A DNA stretch of 62,375 nt, the filler included. It is 5 parts of 5 records of this genome, joined end to end, with 100 filler letters (N's around TTAATTAATTAA, not from the genome) between each part and the next. Parts side by side here need not be neighbours in the genome. Positions count along the whole stretch, not along the records: positions 25,974 to 42,818 come from SRR2962707_1145; 4 more parts are not named here. One strand, given 5' to 3'. Shown here one piece after another: positions 31,331-40,743 of the stretch. Position numbers and translations under genes: made by a program. Each line of letters begins with the position of its first letter. Within the stretch, counting starts at the first letter, position 1. The notes below the pieces were generated by a model that ran no database searches, had not been told where the DNA came from, and saw only the letters and a list, made by a program, of their open reading frames with translations.

Positions 31331-32107
31331 ATGTCCGTGGCGGAGGATTTCAGCGGCGCTTCGGTGCGCGATCAGGTGTCGGAAGAAGAGTGGCAGGTGC
31401 GCGTCGATCTGGCGGCGACCTACCGGCTCGTCGCTCATTACGGCTGGAGCGATCTCATCTACACGCATATCTCGGCGCGCGTGCCGGGACCGGAACATCA
31501 CTTTCTGATCAATCCCTATGGCATGAGCTTCGACGAGATCACGGCGTCGAGCCTCGTGAAGATCGACCTCGACGGCAATATCGTCATGCCGACGGACTAC
31601 ATGGTGAACCCCGCGGGCTTCACGATCCACAGCGCGGTGCACATGTCGGTGCCGAATGCGAATGCGGTGATCCATACGCATTCGGATGACGGCGTGGCCG
31701 TGTCGGCGCAGGCGGACGGTCTGCTGCCGCTCAGCCAGACGGCGATGATCGTGCTGGGCGACCTCGCCTATCACGACTATGAAGGCATCGCGCTTGAACA
31801 TGACGAGCGCGAACGCCTCGTGCGCGACCTCGGCAACAAGCATTGCATGATCCTGCGCAACCATGGATTGCTGACGGCGGGCGCGAGCTGCCCGGACGCA
31901 TTCCTGCGGCTCTACTTCCTGGAGCGGGCCTGCACGATGCAGGTGCGCGCGCTCAGCGGCGGCGTGAAGCTGACCATGCCGAACCAGGGCGTGCCGGAGA
32001 AGACGTCGGATCAGGCCATGTTCCACGAAAAGCACGGCATCGGCAATCTTGCCTGGCCGGCACTTTTGCGCACGCTCGACCGGATCGATCCGTCCTTCCG
32101 GGATTGA
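31331..32107 (+). CDS. Class II aldolase/adducin family protein
   Basis: DLIYTHISARVPG, FLINPYG, AGFTIHSAVH, HTH, ILRNHGLL. Confidence 0.94.
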   Translation: MSVAEDFSGASVRDQVSEEEWQVRVDLAATYRLVAHYGWSDLIYTHISARVPGPEHHFLINPYGMSFDEITASSLVKIDLDGNIVMPTDYMVNPAGFTIHSAVHMSVPNANAVIHTHSDDGVAVSAQADGLLPLSQTAMIVLGDLAYHDYEGIALEHDERERLVRDLGNKHCMILRNHGLLTAGASCPDAFLRLYFLERACTMQVRALSGGVKLTMPNQGVPEKTSDQAMFHEKHGIGNLAWPALLRTLDRIDPSFRD

Positions 32108-32204
32108 TCCGTTTCCGGGGCCTCGTGCGCTCCAACGCCATTCCAATCCGGATGCGGGCTTGCTACGGCCCCCGCATCCCTGACGCATTGAAAGAGGTCC
32201 GTTC

Positions 32205-34544
32205 ATGGTGAAGTTCGGTGTGGGGCAACCGGCGCGGCGCGTCGAGGATGTTCGTCTGGTTTCGGGCGAGGGACGCTTTACCGACGACATATCGCTGCCG
32301 GGGCAGGCCTATGCGGTGATGGTCCGGAGCCCGCATTCCCACGCGCGGATCAGTGGCATCGACACGCAAGACGCGAAAGTGTCGCCCGGCGTCATCGCCG
32401 TCTATACGGGCAAGGATGCGGAGGAGGCGGGGCTCGGCACGGTTTATTCGCCTGCCGCCGACATGCTGAAGAACAAGGACGGTACGCCCATCTTCAAGAC
32501 GACGCGCTGGCTGATCGCGCGGAGCCATGTGCGCCATGTTGGCGATCTTGTCGCCGTGGTCGTCGCGGAAACGCCCGCGCAGGCGCGCGACGCGGCGGAC
32601 CTCGTGATGATCGACTATGACGACCTGCCGGCCGTTGCAGATACGGCGGGCGCGATCGCGGACGGGGCGCCGGTGATATGGGAAGAGCTTGGCAGCAACC
32701 TCGCCTATGACTGGGATATCGGCGATGCGGAGAAGGTCGAGGCGGGGCTGAAGGCCGCGCATCATGTGACCAAGCTGAAGCTCGTCAATAATCGCATCGT
32801 CGTGAACGCGATGGAGCCGCGCTCGGCGCTAGGGAACTACGAAGCGGACCGCGACCACTACACGCTCTATACGGGGAGCCAGGGCGTTCACAGCATGCGC
32901 AACTTCATCGCGCAGCATTCGCTGAAGATCCCGGTCGAAAAACTGCGCGTCGTCACGGAAGACGTGGGCGGTGGTTTCGGCATGAAGACATTCGTCTATC
33001 CCGAATATCCGCTGGTGCTGTTTGCGTCGAAGATGCTGGGACGGCCCGTAAAATGGACGGCCGACCGCTCCGAAAGTTTTCTGAGCGACACGCAGGGTCG
33101 CGACCATGTGACGGAAGCGGCAGTGGCGCTCGACAAGGACGGCAAGATTCTCGCCGTTCAGGTGTCGACGATTGCTAATCTCGGCGCGTATCAGAGCCAG
33201 TTCGGCCCGTTCATCCCATCGCTCGCGCCGCGCGGCATGCATGTCGGCGTCTACATGGTGCCTGCGATGCACAACCGCGTGCGGGCTGTCTACACGAACA
33301 CGGTGCCGGTGGACGCCTATCGCGGCGCGGGACGGCCCGAAGCGTCTTACGTGATCGAAAGGCTGATGGAGAAGGCGGCGCGGGAAATGAACCTTGCGCC
33401 CGACGAAATCCGCCGCCGGAATTTCGTGCCGCCGAGTGCGATGCCGCTCAATGCGGCGCCGTCGCTGCCGTTCGACTCCGGCGATTTCGAGCGGAACCTC
33501 AACGATGCGATGAAGAAGGCCGATGTCGATGGCTTCGCGGCGCGGCGCAGCGCGGCGGAGAAGGACGGCAAGCTGCTGGGGCTCGGCTACAGCTATTATG
33601 TCGAGCGCACGGCGGCGGGCATGTCCGACTATGCGCGCATCGCGGTGGGTGGCGAGGACGGGCTCGTCCATGTCTGGACCGGACAGCAGACGAACGGGCA
33701 GGGCCATGAGACGACATGGACGCAGCTCATCTCGTCGCGGCTCGGCGTCGATGCTGAAAAGATCAAGGTGCATCTCGGCGACAGCGACGTGCTTCCGGGC
33801 GGCGCGGGAACGGGCGGCTCCAAGGCCGTCTACATGGTCTCGGGCGCGATTTCGGATGCCTCCGACAAGCTGATCGACAAGGGCCGGGAGATTGCCGCGA
33901 ACGAACTCGAGGCAGCGAAGGCGGATATCGAGTATCGCGGCGCGGACGGCGAACCGGTCTTCGCGGTGGCGGGCACGGACAAGGCGATCGACCTGTTCGC
34001 GGTGGCGAAGCTTGCCGAGGGGCAAGCCGATATCGGCGAGTTGGCGGGCGACGGCGAATACACGCAGAAGGGCAACACGTTTCCGAACGGGGCGCATATC
34101 TGCGAAGTGGAAATCGACGGTGACACAGGCGTCTATCGTATCACGCGGTTCACGGCGGTGGACGATTTCGGGCAGATCCTGAACCCGATGCTGGTCGCCG
34201 GGCAGGTCCATGGCGGCATCGTGCAGGGACTCGGGCAGGCGATGGGCGAACATGCGGTTTATGATGCAAACGGCCAGCTCGTGACCGGCTCCTTCATGGA
34301 TTACTGGATGCCGCGTGCGGGCGACTTCCCGGATTTTAATGTGAGCTACAACGAGATCCCCGCGCAGTCGAATGCGCTCGGCGTCAAAGGGGCGGGCGAG
34401 GCGGGCACGGTCGGAGCCCCTGCGGCCTTCATCAACGCAATGATCGATGCGCTGCGGCCCTATGGCATCGAGGAAATCGACATGCCTGTGACGCCGCTGA
34501 AGCTCTGGAACATCCTGCAGAGTGGACGCAAGGCGGCGGAGTAA
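32205..34544 (+). CDS. Xanthine dehydrogenase family molybdopterin-binding subunit (CoxL form II-like)
   Basis: VGGGFGMK, AYRGAGRPEA, GQGHET, GQVHGGIVQGLGQ, KGAGEAG. Confidence 0.93.
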   Translation: MVKFGVGQPARRVEDVRLVSGEGRFTDDISLPGQAYAVMVRSPHSHARISGIDTQDAKVSPGVIAVYTGKDAEEAGLGTVYSPAADMLKNKDGTPIFKTTRWLIARSHVRHVGDLVAVVVAETPAQARDAADLVMIDYDDLPAVADTAGAIADGAPVIWEELGSNLAYDWDIGDAEKVEAGLKAAHHVTKLKLVNNRIVVNAMEPRSALGNYEADRDHYTLYTGSQGVHSMRNFIAQHSLKIPVEKLRVVTEDVGGGFGMKTFVYPEYPLVLFASKMLGRPVKWTADRSESFLSDTQGRDHVTEAAVALDKDGKILAVQVSTIANLGAYQSQFGPFIPSLAPRGMHVGVYMVPAMHNRVRAVYTNTVPVDAYRGAGRPEASYVIERLMEKAAREMNLAPDEIRRRNFVPPSAMPLNAAPSLPFDSGDFERNLNDAMKKADVDGFAARRSAAEKDGKLLGLGYSYYVERTAAGMSDYARIAVGGEDGLVHVWTGQQTNGQGHETTWTQLISSRLGVDAEKIKVHLGDSDVLPGGAGTGGSKAVYMVSGAISDASDKLIDKGREIAANELEAAKADIEYRGADGEPVFAVAGTDKAIDLFAVAKLAEGQADIGELAGDGEYTQKGNTFPNGAHICEVEIDGDTGVYRITRFTAVDDFGQILNPMLVAGQVHGGIVQGLGQAMGEHAVYDANGQLVTGSFMDYWMPRAGDFPDFNVSYNEIPAQSNALGVKGAGEAGTVGAPAAFINAMIDALRPYGIEEIDMPVTPLKLWNILQSGRKAAE

Positions 34545-34612
34545 GGGCTGGGATTGAACGAAACGCTGCTCCATGAGTTGACCTGTCGGACAATCGACGG
34601 AAATCCTTCCTC

Positions 34613-36064
34613 ATGGGCGAGACAGCTCGGTCCGACGCGGCCATCTACGAAACCGATATTCCCTCGCGGCTGGACAGGCTGCGCTGGGGGCGTTTTCACA
34701 CGCTGGTTGCGCTTGCGCTCGGGATCACATGGATTCTCGACGGGCTGGAAGTGACGCTGGCGGGGTCGGTCGCCGGTGCGCTGAAGGACAGCCCGGTTCT
34801 CGGCTTTTCAGCCGGCGATATCGGCCTTGCCGCCAGCGCCTATCTTGCGGGCGCCGTGGCGGGCGGACTGTTTTTCGGCTGGCTTACCGACAGGCTGGGG
34901 CGGCGGAAGCTCTTTTTCATCACGCTCACGCTCTACATCGCGGCTACGGCGGCGACGGCTTTTTCGTGGAACCTCTGGAGTTTCATGCTGTTCCGGTTTC
35001 TGACCGGAGCGGGGATCGGCGGCGAGTACACCGCGATCAATTCGGCGATACAGGAGCTTATTCCCGCCCGCTATCGCGGCTGGACGGACCTTGCGATCAA
35101 CGGCAGCTTCTGGGTGGGCGCGGCGCTTGGCGCGGGGCTTTCCATCGTGCTGCTCGATCCCGAGATTGTGGGCGGCGCCGATCTCGGCTGGCGGCTCTGC
35201 TTCTTCATCGGTGCCGTTCTCGGACTTTTCATTTTCGCGATGCGGTTCTGGATTCCAGAAAGTCCGCGCTGGCTGATGACGCATGGGCGGGTGCGCGAGG
35301 CAGAGAAGATCATCGGCGATATCGAGGGGAGACATATCGGACGGGGGCATGTGCTGGCGGAAGCCGAGCTCGTCAGAATGAAGTTTTCGCCGCGCGGGCC
35401 GCTCGGACTGCGCGAGATCGCGCATACGCTTTTCAACCTGCATCGCCGCCGCGCGTTTGTCGGCCTTGCGCTGATGTCGGCGCAGGCGTTTTTCTACAAC
35501 GCGATCTTTTTCACCTATGCGCTGGTGCTGACCGATTTCTACGCCATCCCCTCCGCGCAAGTGGGCTGGTACATCTTGCCTTTCGCGGCGGGCAATTTTC
35601 TCGGTCCGCTGCTGCTCGGGAGGCTGTTCGATACGGTGGGGCGGCGCGTCATGATCGCGTCCACCTATGCGCTGTCGGGCATTCTGCTGGCGGGAAGCGG
35701 CTGGCTCTTTCAGCAGGGCGCGCTCGATGTGCAGATGCAGACGGTGGTCTGGATGGTGATTTTCTTCTTTGCCTCGGCGGCGGCGAGTTCCGCCTATCTC
35801 ACGGTGAGCGAAACCTTCCCGCTCGAAATCCGGGCGATCGCCATTGCCGTTTTCTACGCGGTCGGGACGGGGCTTGGCGGGGTGGCGGGGCCGCTGCTCT
35901 TCGGATGGCTGATCGACACGGGATCGCGGGATGCGGTTTTCGCGGGCTATCTGCTCGGGTCCGTGCTCATGCTCGCCGCCGCCATCGTACAGGCGATATG
36001 GGGCGTTGCGGCGGAGCGGCGGCCGCTGGAGGCCATTGCCCGGCCGCTTGCGCACCGGGATTGA
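34613..36064 (+). CDS. MFS transporter (sugar-porter/aromatic acid-like)
   Basis: GWLTDRLGRRK, RFLTGAGIGGEY, PESPRWL, SETFPLEIR. Confidence 0.93.
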   Translation: MGETARSDAAIYETDIPSRLDRLRWGRFHTLVALALGITWILDGLEVTLAGSVAGALKDSPVLGFSAGDIGLAASAYLAGAVAGGLFFGWLTDRLGRRKLFFITLTLYIAATAATAFSWNLWSFMLFRFLTGAGIGGEYTAINSAIQELIPARYRGWTDLAINGSFWVGAALGAGLSIVLLDPEIVGGADLGWRLCFFIGAVLGLFIFAMRFWIPESPRWLMTHGRVREAEKIIGDIEGRHIGRGHVLAEAELVRMKFSPRGPLGLREIAHTLFNLHRRRAFVGLALMSAQAFFYNAIFFTYALVLTDFYAIPSAQVGWYILPFAAGNFLGPLLLGRLFDTVGRRVMIASTYALSGILLAGSGWLFQQGALDVQMQTVVWMVIFFFASAAASSAYLTVSETFPLEIRAIAIAVFYAVGTGLGGVAGPLLFGWLIDTGSRDAVFAGYLLGSVLMLAAAIVQAIWGVAAERRPLEAIARPLAHRD

Positions 36065-36129
36065 TCTTCCGCTGCCCCCGCCTTCCGGTTACTCGCCGGA
36101 AAAATACCCATAAATTGAATCCTGTTACG

Positions 36130-36143
36130 TTGACATTTTGTCA
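36130..36143. promoter_or_regulatory. Putative TetR operator overlapping a -35 hexamer
   Basis: TGACA-ttt-TGTCA palindrome overlapping TTGACA, just upstream of the TetR gene. Confidence 0.6.
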
Positions 36144-36164
36144 TTTTGGTCCGACGCTTTCGTC

Positions 36165-36866
36165 ATGACCATGGAGGAAACGGGTTCCAGAACCCGAGAA
36201 GCCGCTGAAGCGGCCGTTCTGGACGACACGGAGAGGGACGAGTCGACGCCCGCGAAAGCGGCGGCGGCAGACTCCGCTCCCATGACCGGTGCATCGCGAC
36301 GCAAACTTGAAAGCCGCCGCAAGCTGATGGCGGCGGCGCGAAAGCTTTTCGTCGAGCGCGGCTATCATGAGACGCGGCCGCAGGATATTTCCAAAGCCGC
36401 CGGCGTCGGCCACGGCACCTTCTATCTGCATTTCGAAGACAAGCTGGATTGCTTCCTCGCCTTCACCGAGGAAGCAGCCGACGAGCTTCACGCCTTCGTC
36501 GTCCAGCACCACGAGGTGGCGGGGTCGCTGGAAGAAGGCATTCACGAACTGCTGACGGCGGTGTTTGAATATTCGGACGAGAATCCGGGCGTGCTCGGCG
36601 CGGCGCTGACCGATATCAGCGTGCTCTCGACCGGCGATACGGGGCGGAAGATGCCCGTGGACCGCTGGGCGGAGGTCTGGTCGGAGCTTCTCGAGAAGTG
36701 GCGCGAGGCGGGCGAAGCGGCGGCGGACCTCGATACGCGGATGGCCGGCTATCTCATTGTCGGCGCGATCAAGCAGGGTGGCGCCTATGGCTTTCGCCGC
36801 AGGCTCGACCGCAAGCGCATGATTGACGGGATGACGAAATTATTTGTCCGTGCGCTGAAGAAATAA
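36165..36866 (+). CDS. TetR/AcrR family regulator
   Basis: LMAAARKLFVERGYHETRPQDISKAAGVGHGTFYLHFEDK; exact start uncertain. Confidence 0.93.
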   Translation: MTMEETGSRTREAAEAAVLDDTERDESTPAKAAAADSAPMTGASRRKLESRRKLMAAARKLFVERGYHETRPQDISKAAGVGHGTFYLHFEDKLDCFLAFTEEAADELHAFVVQHHEVAGSLEEGIHELLTAVFEYSDENPGVLGAALTDISVLSTGDTGRKMPVDRWAEVWSELLEKWREAGEAAADLDTRMAGYLIVGAIKQGGAYGFRRRLDRKRMIDGMTKLFVRALKK

Positions 36867-36911
36867 CGGTATCTAAAAACGGCCCGAAGCGGCCGGGCGG
36901 AGGAACGGGAA

Positions 36912-37946
36912 ATGACGAAGCTCACCTATACGCGTGACGAACTCATGGCGAGCCATGATTATGCGCGACCGCATGAGCGGGCCGGATACAAGCTGCATGG
37001 CGGTTTTCTCGCGGACGGAACTTATGAATCGCCGCGCGTGCTGTATCGCTGGCCTGCGGTGAAGGCGTGGCAGGCGGCGCTGACGGAGAAGGGCTGGCCG
37101 CTGATCGACGCGACGGTGCAGCTTCTGAAGCGCGGTAACTATCCGAATATCCCGCAGGAGAGGTTCCTGCTGAGCCACGGCATCGGCCAGCCGCTCTGGA
37201 ACTCGCTCACCATCACCGGAATCATCGAGGCGCGCGGGCGGCAGCTTTGCGACCTGCAGGCGCCGGACTTCCAGAGCATCATCGTCGACGATATTTCCGA
37301 GACCTGCACCGGGCATTTGCACAAGGGCCTGCTCTATGCGCATGGTGCGGACGAGGGCGGCGACCCGGAAGCGCCGGAATATGGCGCGCATGACGACATG
37401 TGGTATGCGGCGCGCGATCTCTGCTTCGGCGCCGGGCGCTATCCGCTGCCCGAGGTGCCTGAAAGCATCGGGCGGCCGGATACGGGGCGCTTGATGCCGC
37501 AGCTTCCGGCGGGCTTCGAGCAACTTATCCTTCTGCTGATGAACGTGCTGATGATCGAAGTGCGGGCGGAGAGCTTCTTCGCGTTCTGCTGCGAGATCAT
37601 GCGCGACACGGACGCCTTCCCGGATAACAGCACAGAAGCGGCGGAAGCAGCGGAAATGGTGGAGCGCATCCGCACCGACGAGGCGATTCATGTCGGCTAT
37701 CTGCAGACCACGGTTTCCGAGATGCGGAGCTTCACCTTCAAGACGGTCGATGGCGGCACGGTGAAGGGCAAGGATCTGATCGACCCGATCTGGGAAGGCA
37801 TGGTGCACTGGCATTCGGTGACGCAGGCCGACTTCTCGCGCGAGCAGACGCGCGAGGCGATCCAGGCCGGGCTCGCCAAATTGCCGGATGGCGCAAAGCT
37901 CTTCGCTCAGTTCGACAAACTTGACGATATTGCAAAGGCGGCGTGA
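36912..37946 (+). CDS. Putative ferritin-like diiron-carboxylate protein
   Basis: Helical protein with IEARG, ADEGG...GAH, IEVRAE and TDEAIH ligand-like motifs. Confidence 0.6.
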   Translation: MTKLTYTRDELMASHDYARPHERAGYKLHGGFLADGTYESPRVLYRWPAVKAWQAALTEKGWPLIDATVQLLKRGNYPNIPQERFLLSHGIGQPLWNSLTITGIIEARGRQLCDLQAPDFQSIIVDDISETCTGHLHKGLLYAHGADEGGDPEAPEYGAHDDMWYAARDLCFGAGRYPLPEVPESIGRPDTGRLMPQLPAGFEQLILLLMNVLMIEVRAESFFAFCCEIMRDTDAFPDNSTEAAEAAEMVERIRTDEAIHVGYLQTTVSEMRSFTFKTVDGGTVKGKDLIDPIWEGMVHWHSVTQADFSREQTREAIQAGLAKLPDGAKLFAQFDKLDDIAKAA

Positions 37947-38818
37947 TGAAGGATCTTTCAGGCAAGACAGCGTTCGTTACGGGCGGCGCGAGCGGCATCG
38001 GGCTTTCGATGGCGCGGGCATTCGGGGCGGCGGGCATGAACGTGATGCTGGCCGACATCAACGAGGACGACCTCGCAGCCGCCGTGACCGAGCTTAACGA
38101 GCGGCAGGTGAAGGCGGCGGGCGTGCGCTGCGACGTGACCGAGCGCGCGTCGATTGAGCGCGCGGCGAAGGAAACCATAGACACGTTCGGCAAGGTGCAT
38201 GTCGTCTGCAACAATGCGGGCGTCGGCGCGGGCGGGCCCATCGACACCGTCAAGCCGGGCGACTGGGACTGGACCATCGCGGTCAACCTGATGGGCGTCG
38301 TGTATGGCATGGAGGTTTTCCTGCCGCATATCCGCGCGCATGGCGAGGGCGGGCACTACATCAACACGGCATCGATGGCGGGGCTGATTTCCATGCCGGG
38401 CATGGAGCCCTACACGGCGTCAAAATATGCCGTGGTCGGCATGTCGGAAGGCTGGGCAGGTCAGCTTGCGCCCGAAAATATCGGCGTGTCGGTTCTCTGC
38501 CCCGGTTTCGTGAAGACGCGCATCTACGAAAGCAATCGTGCGCGGCAGGACAAGTTTGGCGCGGCCGACGAGCGCGATCCCGAGGAGGCGGATTTCGCCA
38601 AGGAACTCGTGTTGGGCGGCATCGATCCCGACCGGGTAGGCGCGCGTGTTGTCGAAGCCATTCTCGGGAACGAACTCTATGTCTTCACGCATCCCGACAT
38701 GGCGCCGCTGTTCGAGCAGCGGGTGAAGAACATCGCGGAGGCCTTTGCGCGCGCCAGCGAGAGCCCGGCGTTGCAAGGCATGGACTATAAAACACCGGCG
38801 ATCAACGTGCTCGACTGA
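37946..38818 (+). CDS. Short-chain dehydrogenase/reductase
   Basis: TGGASGIG, NNAG, YTASK; TGATG coupling to the upstream gene. Confidence 0.95.
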   Translation: MKDLSGKTAFVTGGASGIGLSMARAFGAAGMNVMLADINEDDLAAAVTELNERQVKAAGVRCDVTERASIERAAKETIDTFGKVHVVCNNAGVGAGGPIDTVKPGDWDWTIAVNLMGVVYGMEVFLPHIRAHGEGGHYINTASMAGLISMPGMEPYTASKYAVVGMSEGWAGQLAPENIGVSVLCPGFVKTRIYESNRARQDKFGAADERDPEEADFAKELVLGGIDPDRVGARVVEAILGNELYVFTHPDMAPLFEQRVKNIAEAFARASESPALQGMDYKTPAINVLD

Positions 38819-38919
38819 GCAAAGCCAGATGCCTGTTTGTCATGAAGGCGCCGCTTGACGGAAAAGCCGCCGGCACTAAGTGTTTCTGGAGCGTGCGAAA
38901 ACGAGCGAGGAGAGAAATC

Positions 38920-39372
38920 ATGAAGAAGCCAGCGAAGGTCTTGCTTGGCGCGGTGCTTGGTGCGGCGATGGTTGCCGGCGGCGCGGCTGCATCCGATATC
39001 GAAGACGGCGATCAGCTTGTGGCGGCCTGTCAGGCGCTGCTCGATGGCGGCTCCGCGCCGGAAACGGAAGGCGAGCCCTGCAAGGATTTTCTTGTCGGCA
39101 TGGTGACGGCACAGCAGGAGACGCTGACGCTGGGCGAACCGTTCCGCGCGCTTCGCATCGGGCCCGACGAAGACGAGACGGCGTGCTTCGAACTGCCGGA
39201 CAAGCTCAGCTATCGCGAATTCGCGATGCAGACGGTTTCCTATGCCGGGGCCAATCCGCAGGCGGCGGAGCGCCCGGCCTATGAGCTCGCGACGAGAGCG
39301 CTCGAAGCGAAGTACCCTTGCGATCCGGAAGACCTGAAGGAAATGGAGAAAGCGAACTCCCCGAAGGAATAA
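38920..39372 (+). CDS. Rap1a/Tai-like periplasmic immunity protein
   Basis: Signal peptide; GDQLVAAC, CKDFLVG, CFELP, NP...PA...AL...YPC four-Cys pattern; GGAG RBS. Confidence 0.7.
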   Translation: MKKPAKVLLGAVLGAAMVAGGAAASDIEDGDQLVAACQALLDGGSAPETEGEPCKDFLVGMVTAQQETLTLGEPFRALRIGPDEDETACFELPDKLSYREFAMQTVSYAGANPQAAERPAYELATRALEAKYPCDPEDLKEMEKANSPKE

Positions 39373-39378
39373 AGCGGG

Positions 39379-40743
39379 TCAGACGTTTCTCAGATACCAC
39401 TCCACATCGACATCGCTTACCGCTGCGAAGAAGCGGTCGCACTCCGCTTCCTTGATGGTGAGGAAGATGTTGGTGAAGCCTTCGCCCAGTCGTTCGGAGA
39501 GGAAGGATGAGCCGCGCGCGACTTCGAGTGCCTTCCACCAGTTGAGCGGCAGGGTTGCTTCCTGGTCCTTGCGGTAGCCGTCTCCGGTCACGGGCGCGCT
39601 TGGTTCGATCTTCTTTTCAATCCCCTCTGCGATGCCGGCGAGGACGGCGGCAAGCGCCGCATAAGGGTTTGCGTCCGCGCCGCAGACGCGATGCTCCAGA
39701 TGGCGCGTTTCGGGCTTGCCCGATGTCACGCGGAGCGGCACCGAGCGATTGTCCACCGCCCAGGCGGGTGTCAAAGGCGCATAGGTGTTGCGGCGGAAGC
39801 GGCGGAAGGAATTCGCGTTGGGTGCGAAGAGCGCCATGCTCTCGGCCATGGTCCGCTCCAGCCCGCCGATGGCGTGAGCGAGATGCGGCGTGAGCGCGCC
39901 GTCGCCCGCGAAAAGATTGCCTCTGCCTTCGCCCGCCAGCGAGACATGCATGTGCATGCCGCTTCCCGACACTTCCGCGTAGGGCTTCGCCATGAAGGTG
40001 GCGACATAGCCATGCCTGTCGGCGACGCCTTTCACGAGGCGCTTGTAGAGAACGGCGTCGTCGGCGGCGCGCATTGCGTCGGCGCGATGTTCGAGCACGA
40101 TTTCGAACTGGCCCGGCGCGTATTCGGAAATCAGCGTGCGCGCGGGGAGGCCCATTTTTTTCGCGCCGCTGAAGACATCGTTCAGGAACGGCGAGAAATC
40201 CTCAAGGTCCTGCATGAGATAGGCCTGAAGATGCGAGGGCGCGAAACCGTTGGGCGCGGCGGGCGGCGCGATGCGGCGGTTCGCGGCGGCGGCGCGGTCG
40301 ACGAGATAGAATTCGAGTTCGATGGCGACGACGGGCGTGAGGCCCATCGCGTCGAGCGCGGCGACGGTGCGGGTAAGCGCGTGGCGCGGATCGGCGGGTG
40401 TCGGTGTGCCGTCGCGCTCCCAGGATTCGAGGATCAGTTGCGCCGTCGGCACCTCGTGCCAGGGCGCATGCGTGAGCGTGCCGGCGACGGGAAGGCAGGG
40501 ACGGTCGCTGTCGCCTTCCTCCCAGACGAGACCGGTTTCGAGCACGTCGGCGCCCAGCATGTCGAGCGACTGGATCGAGCAGGGGAGAGGGCGGCCATCG
40601 CGATAAGCGGTCAATAATTCTTCCGGGCGCAGCACCTTGCCGCGCGCGACGCCGGAAGGATCGGTGAGGAAGGCCTGTATCTGGACCGTGTCCGGGTGGG
40701 CGGTGAGAAAATCCGCCGCTTCCTTTTCCGTTGCGCGCGCCAT
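39379..40743 (-). CDS. Glutamine synthetase family protein (PuuA-like gamma-glutamyl ligase)
   Basis: ARGK, IELEFYL, SEYAPGQFEI, TFMAKP, GSGMHMH, DNRS, EHRVCGADANPY. Confidence 0.9.
   Translation of the reverse strand: MARATEKEAADFLTAHPDTVQIQAFLTDPSGVARGKVLRPEELLTAYRDGRPLPCSIQSLDMLGADVLETGLVWEEGDSDRPCLPVAGTLTHAPWHEVPTAQLILESWERDGTPTPADPRHALTRTVAALDAMGLTPVVAIELEFYLVDRAAAANRRIAPPAAPNGFAPSHLQAYLMQDLEDFSPFLNDVFSGAKKMGLPARTLISEYAPGQFEIVLEHRADAMRAADDAVLYKRLVKGVADRHGYVATFMAKPYAEVSGSGMHMHVSLAGEGRGNLFAGDGALTPHLAHAIGGLERTMAESMALFAPNANSFRRFRRNTYAPLTPAWAVDNRSVPLRVTSGKPETRHLEHRVCGADANPYAALAAVLAGIAEGIEKKIEPSAPVTGDGYRKDQEATLPLNWWKALEVARGSSFLSERLGEGFTNIFLTIKEAECDRFFAAVSDVDVEWYLRNV

Noticed and set aside
32205-34544. 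Bona fide aerobic CO dehydrogenase (form I coxL)
   Set aside because: The active-site loop is AYRGAGR, not AYxCSFR, and no coxMS or accessory genes are present
32829-36168. Long overlapping ORFs (581 aa -, 479 aa +, 415 aa -)
   Set aside because: Shadow frames of the CoxL-like and MFS genes caused by GC-rich codon bias
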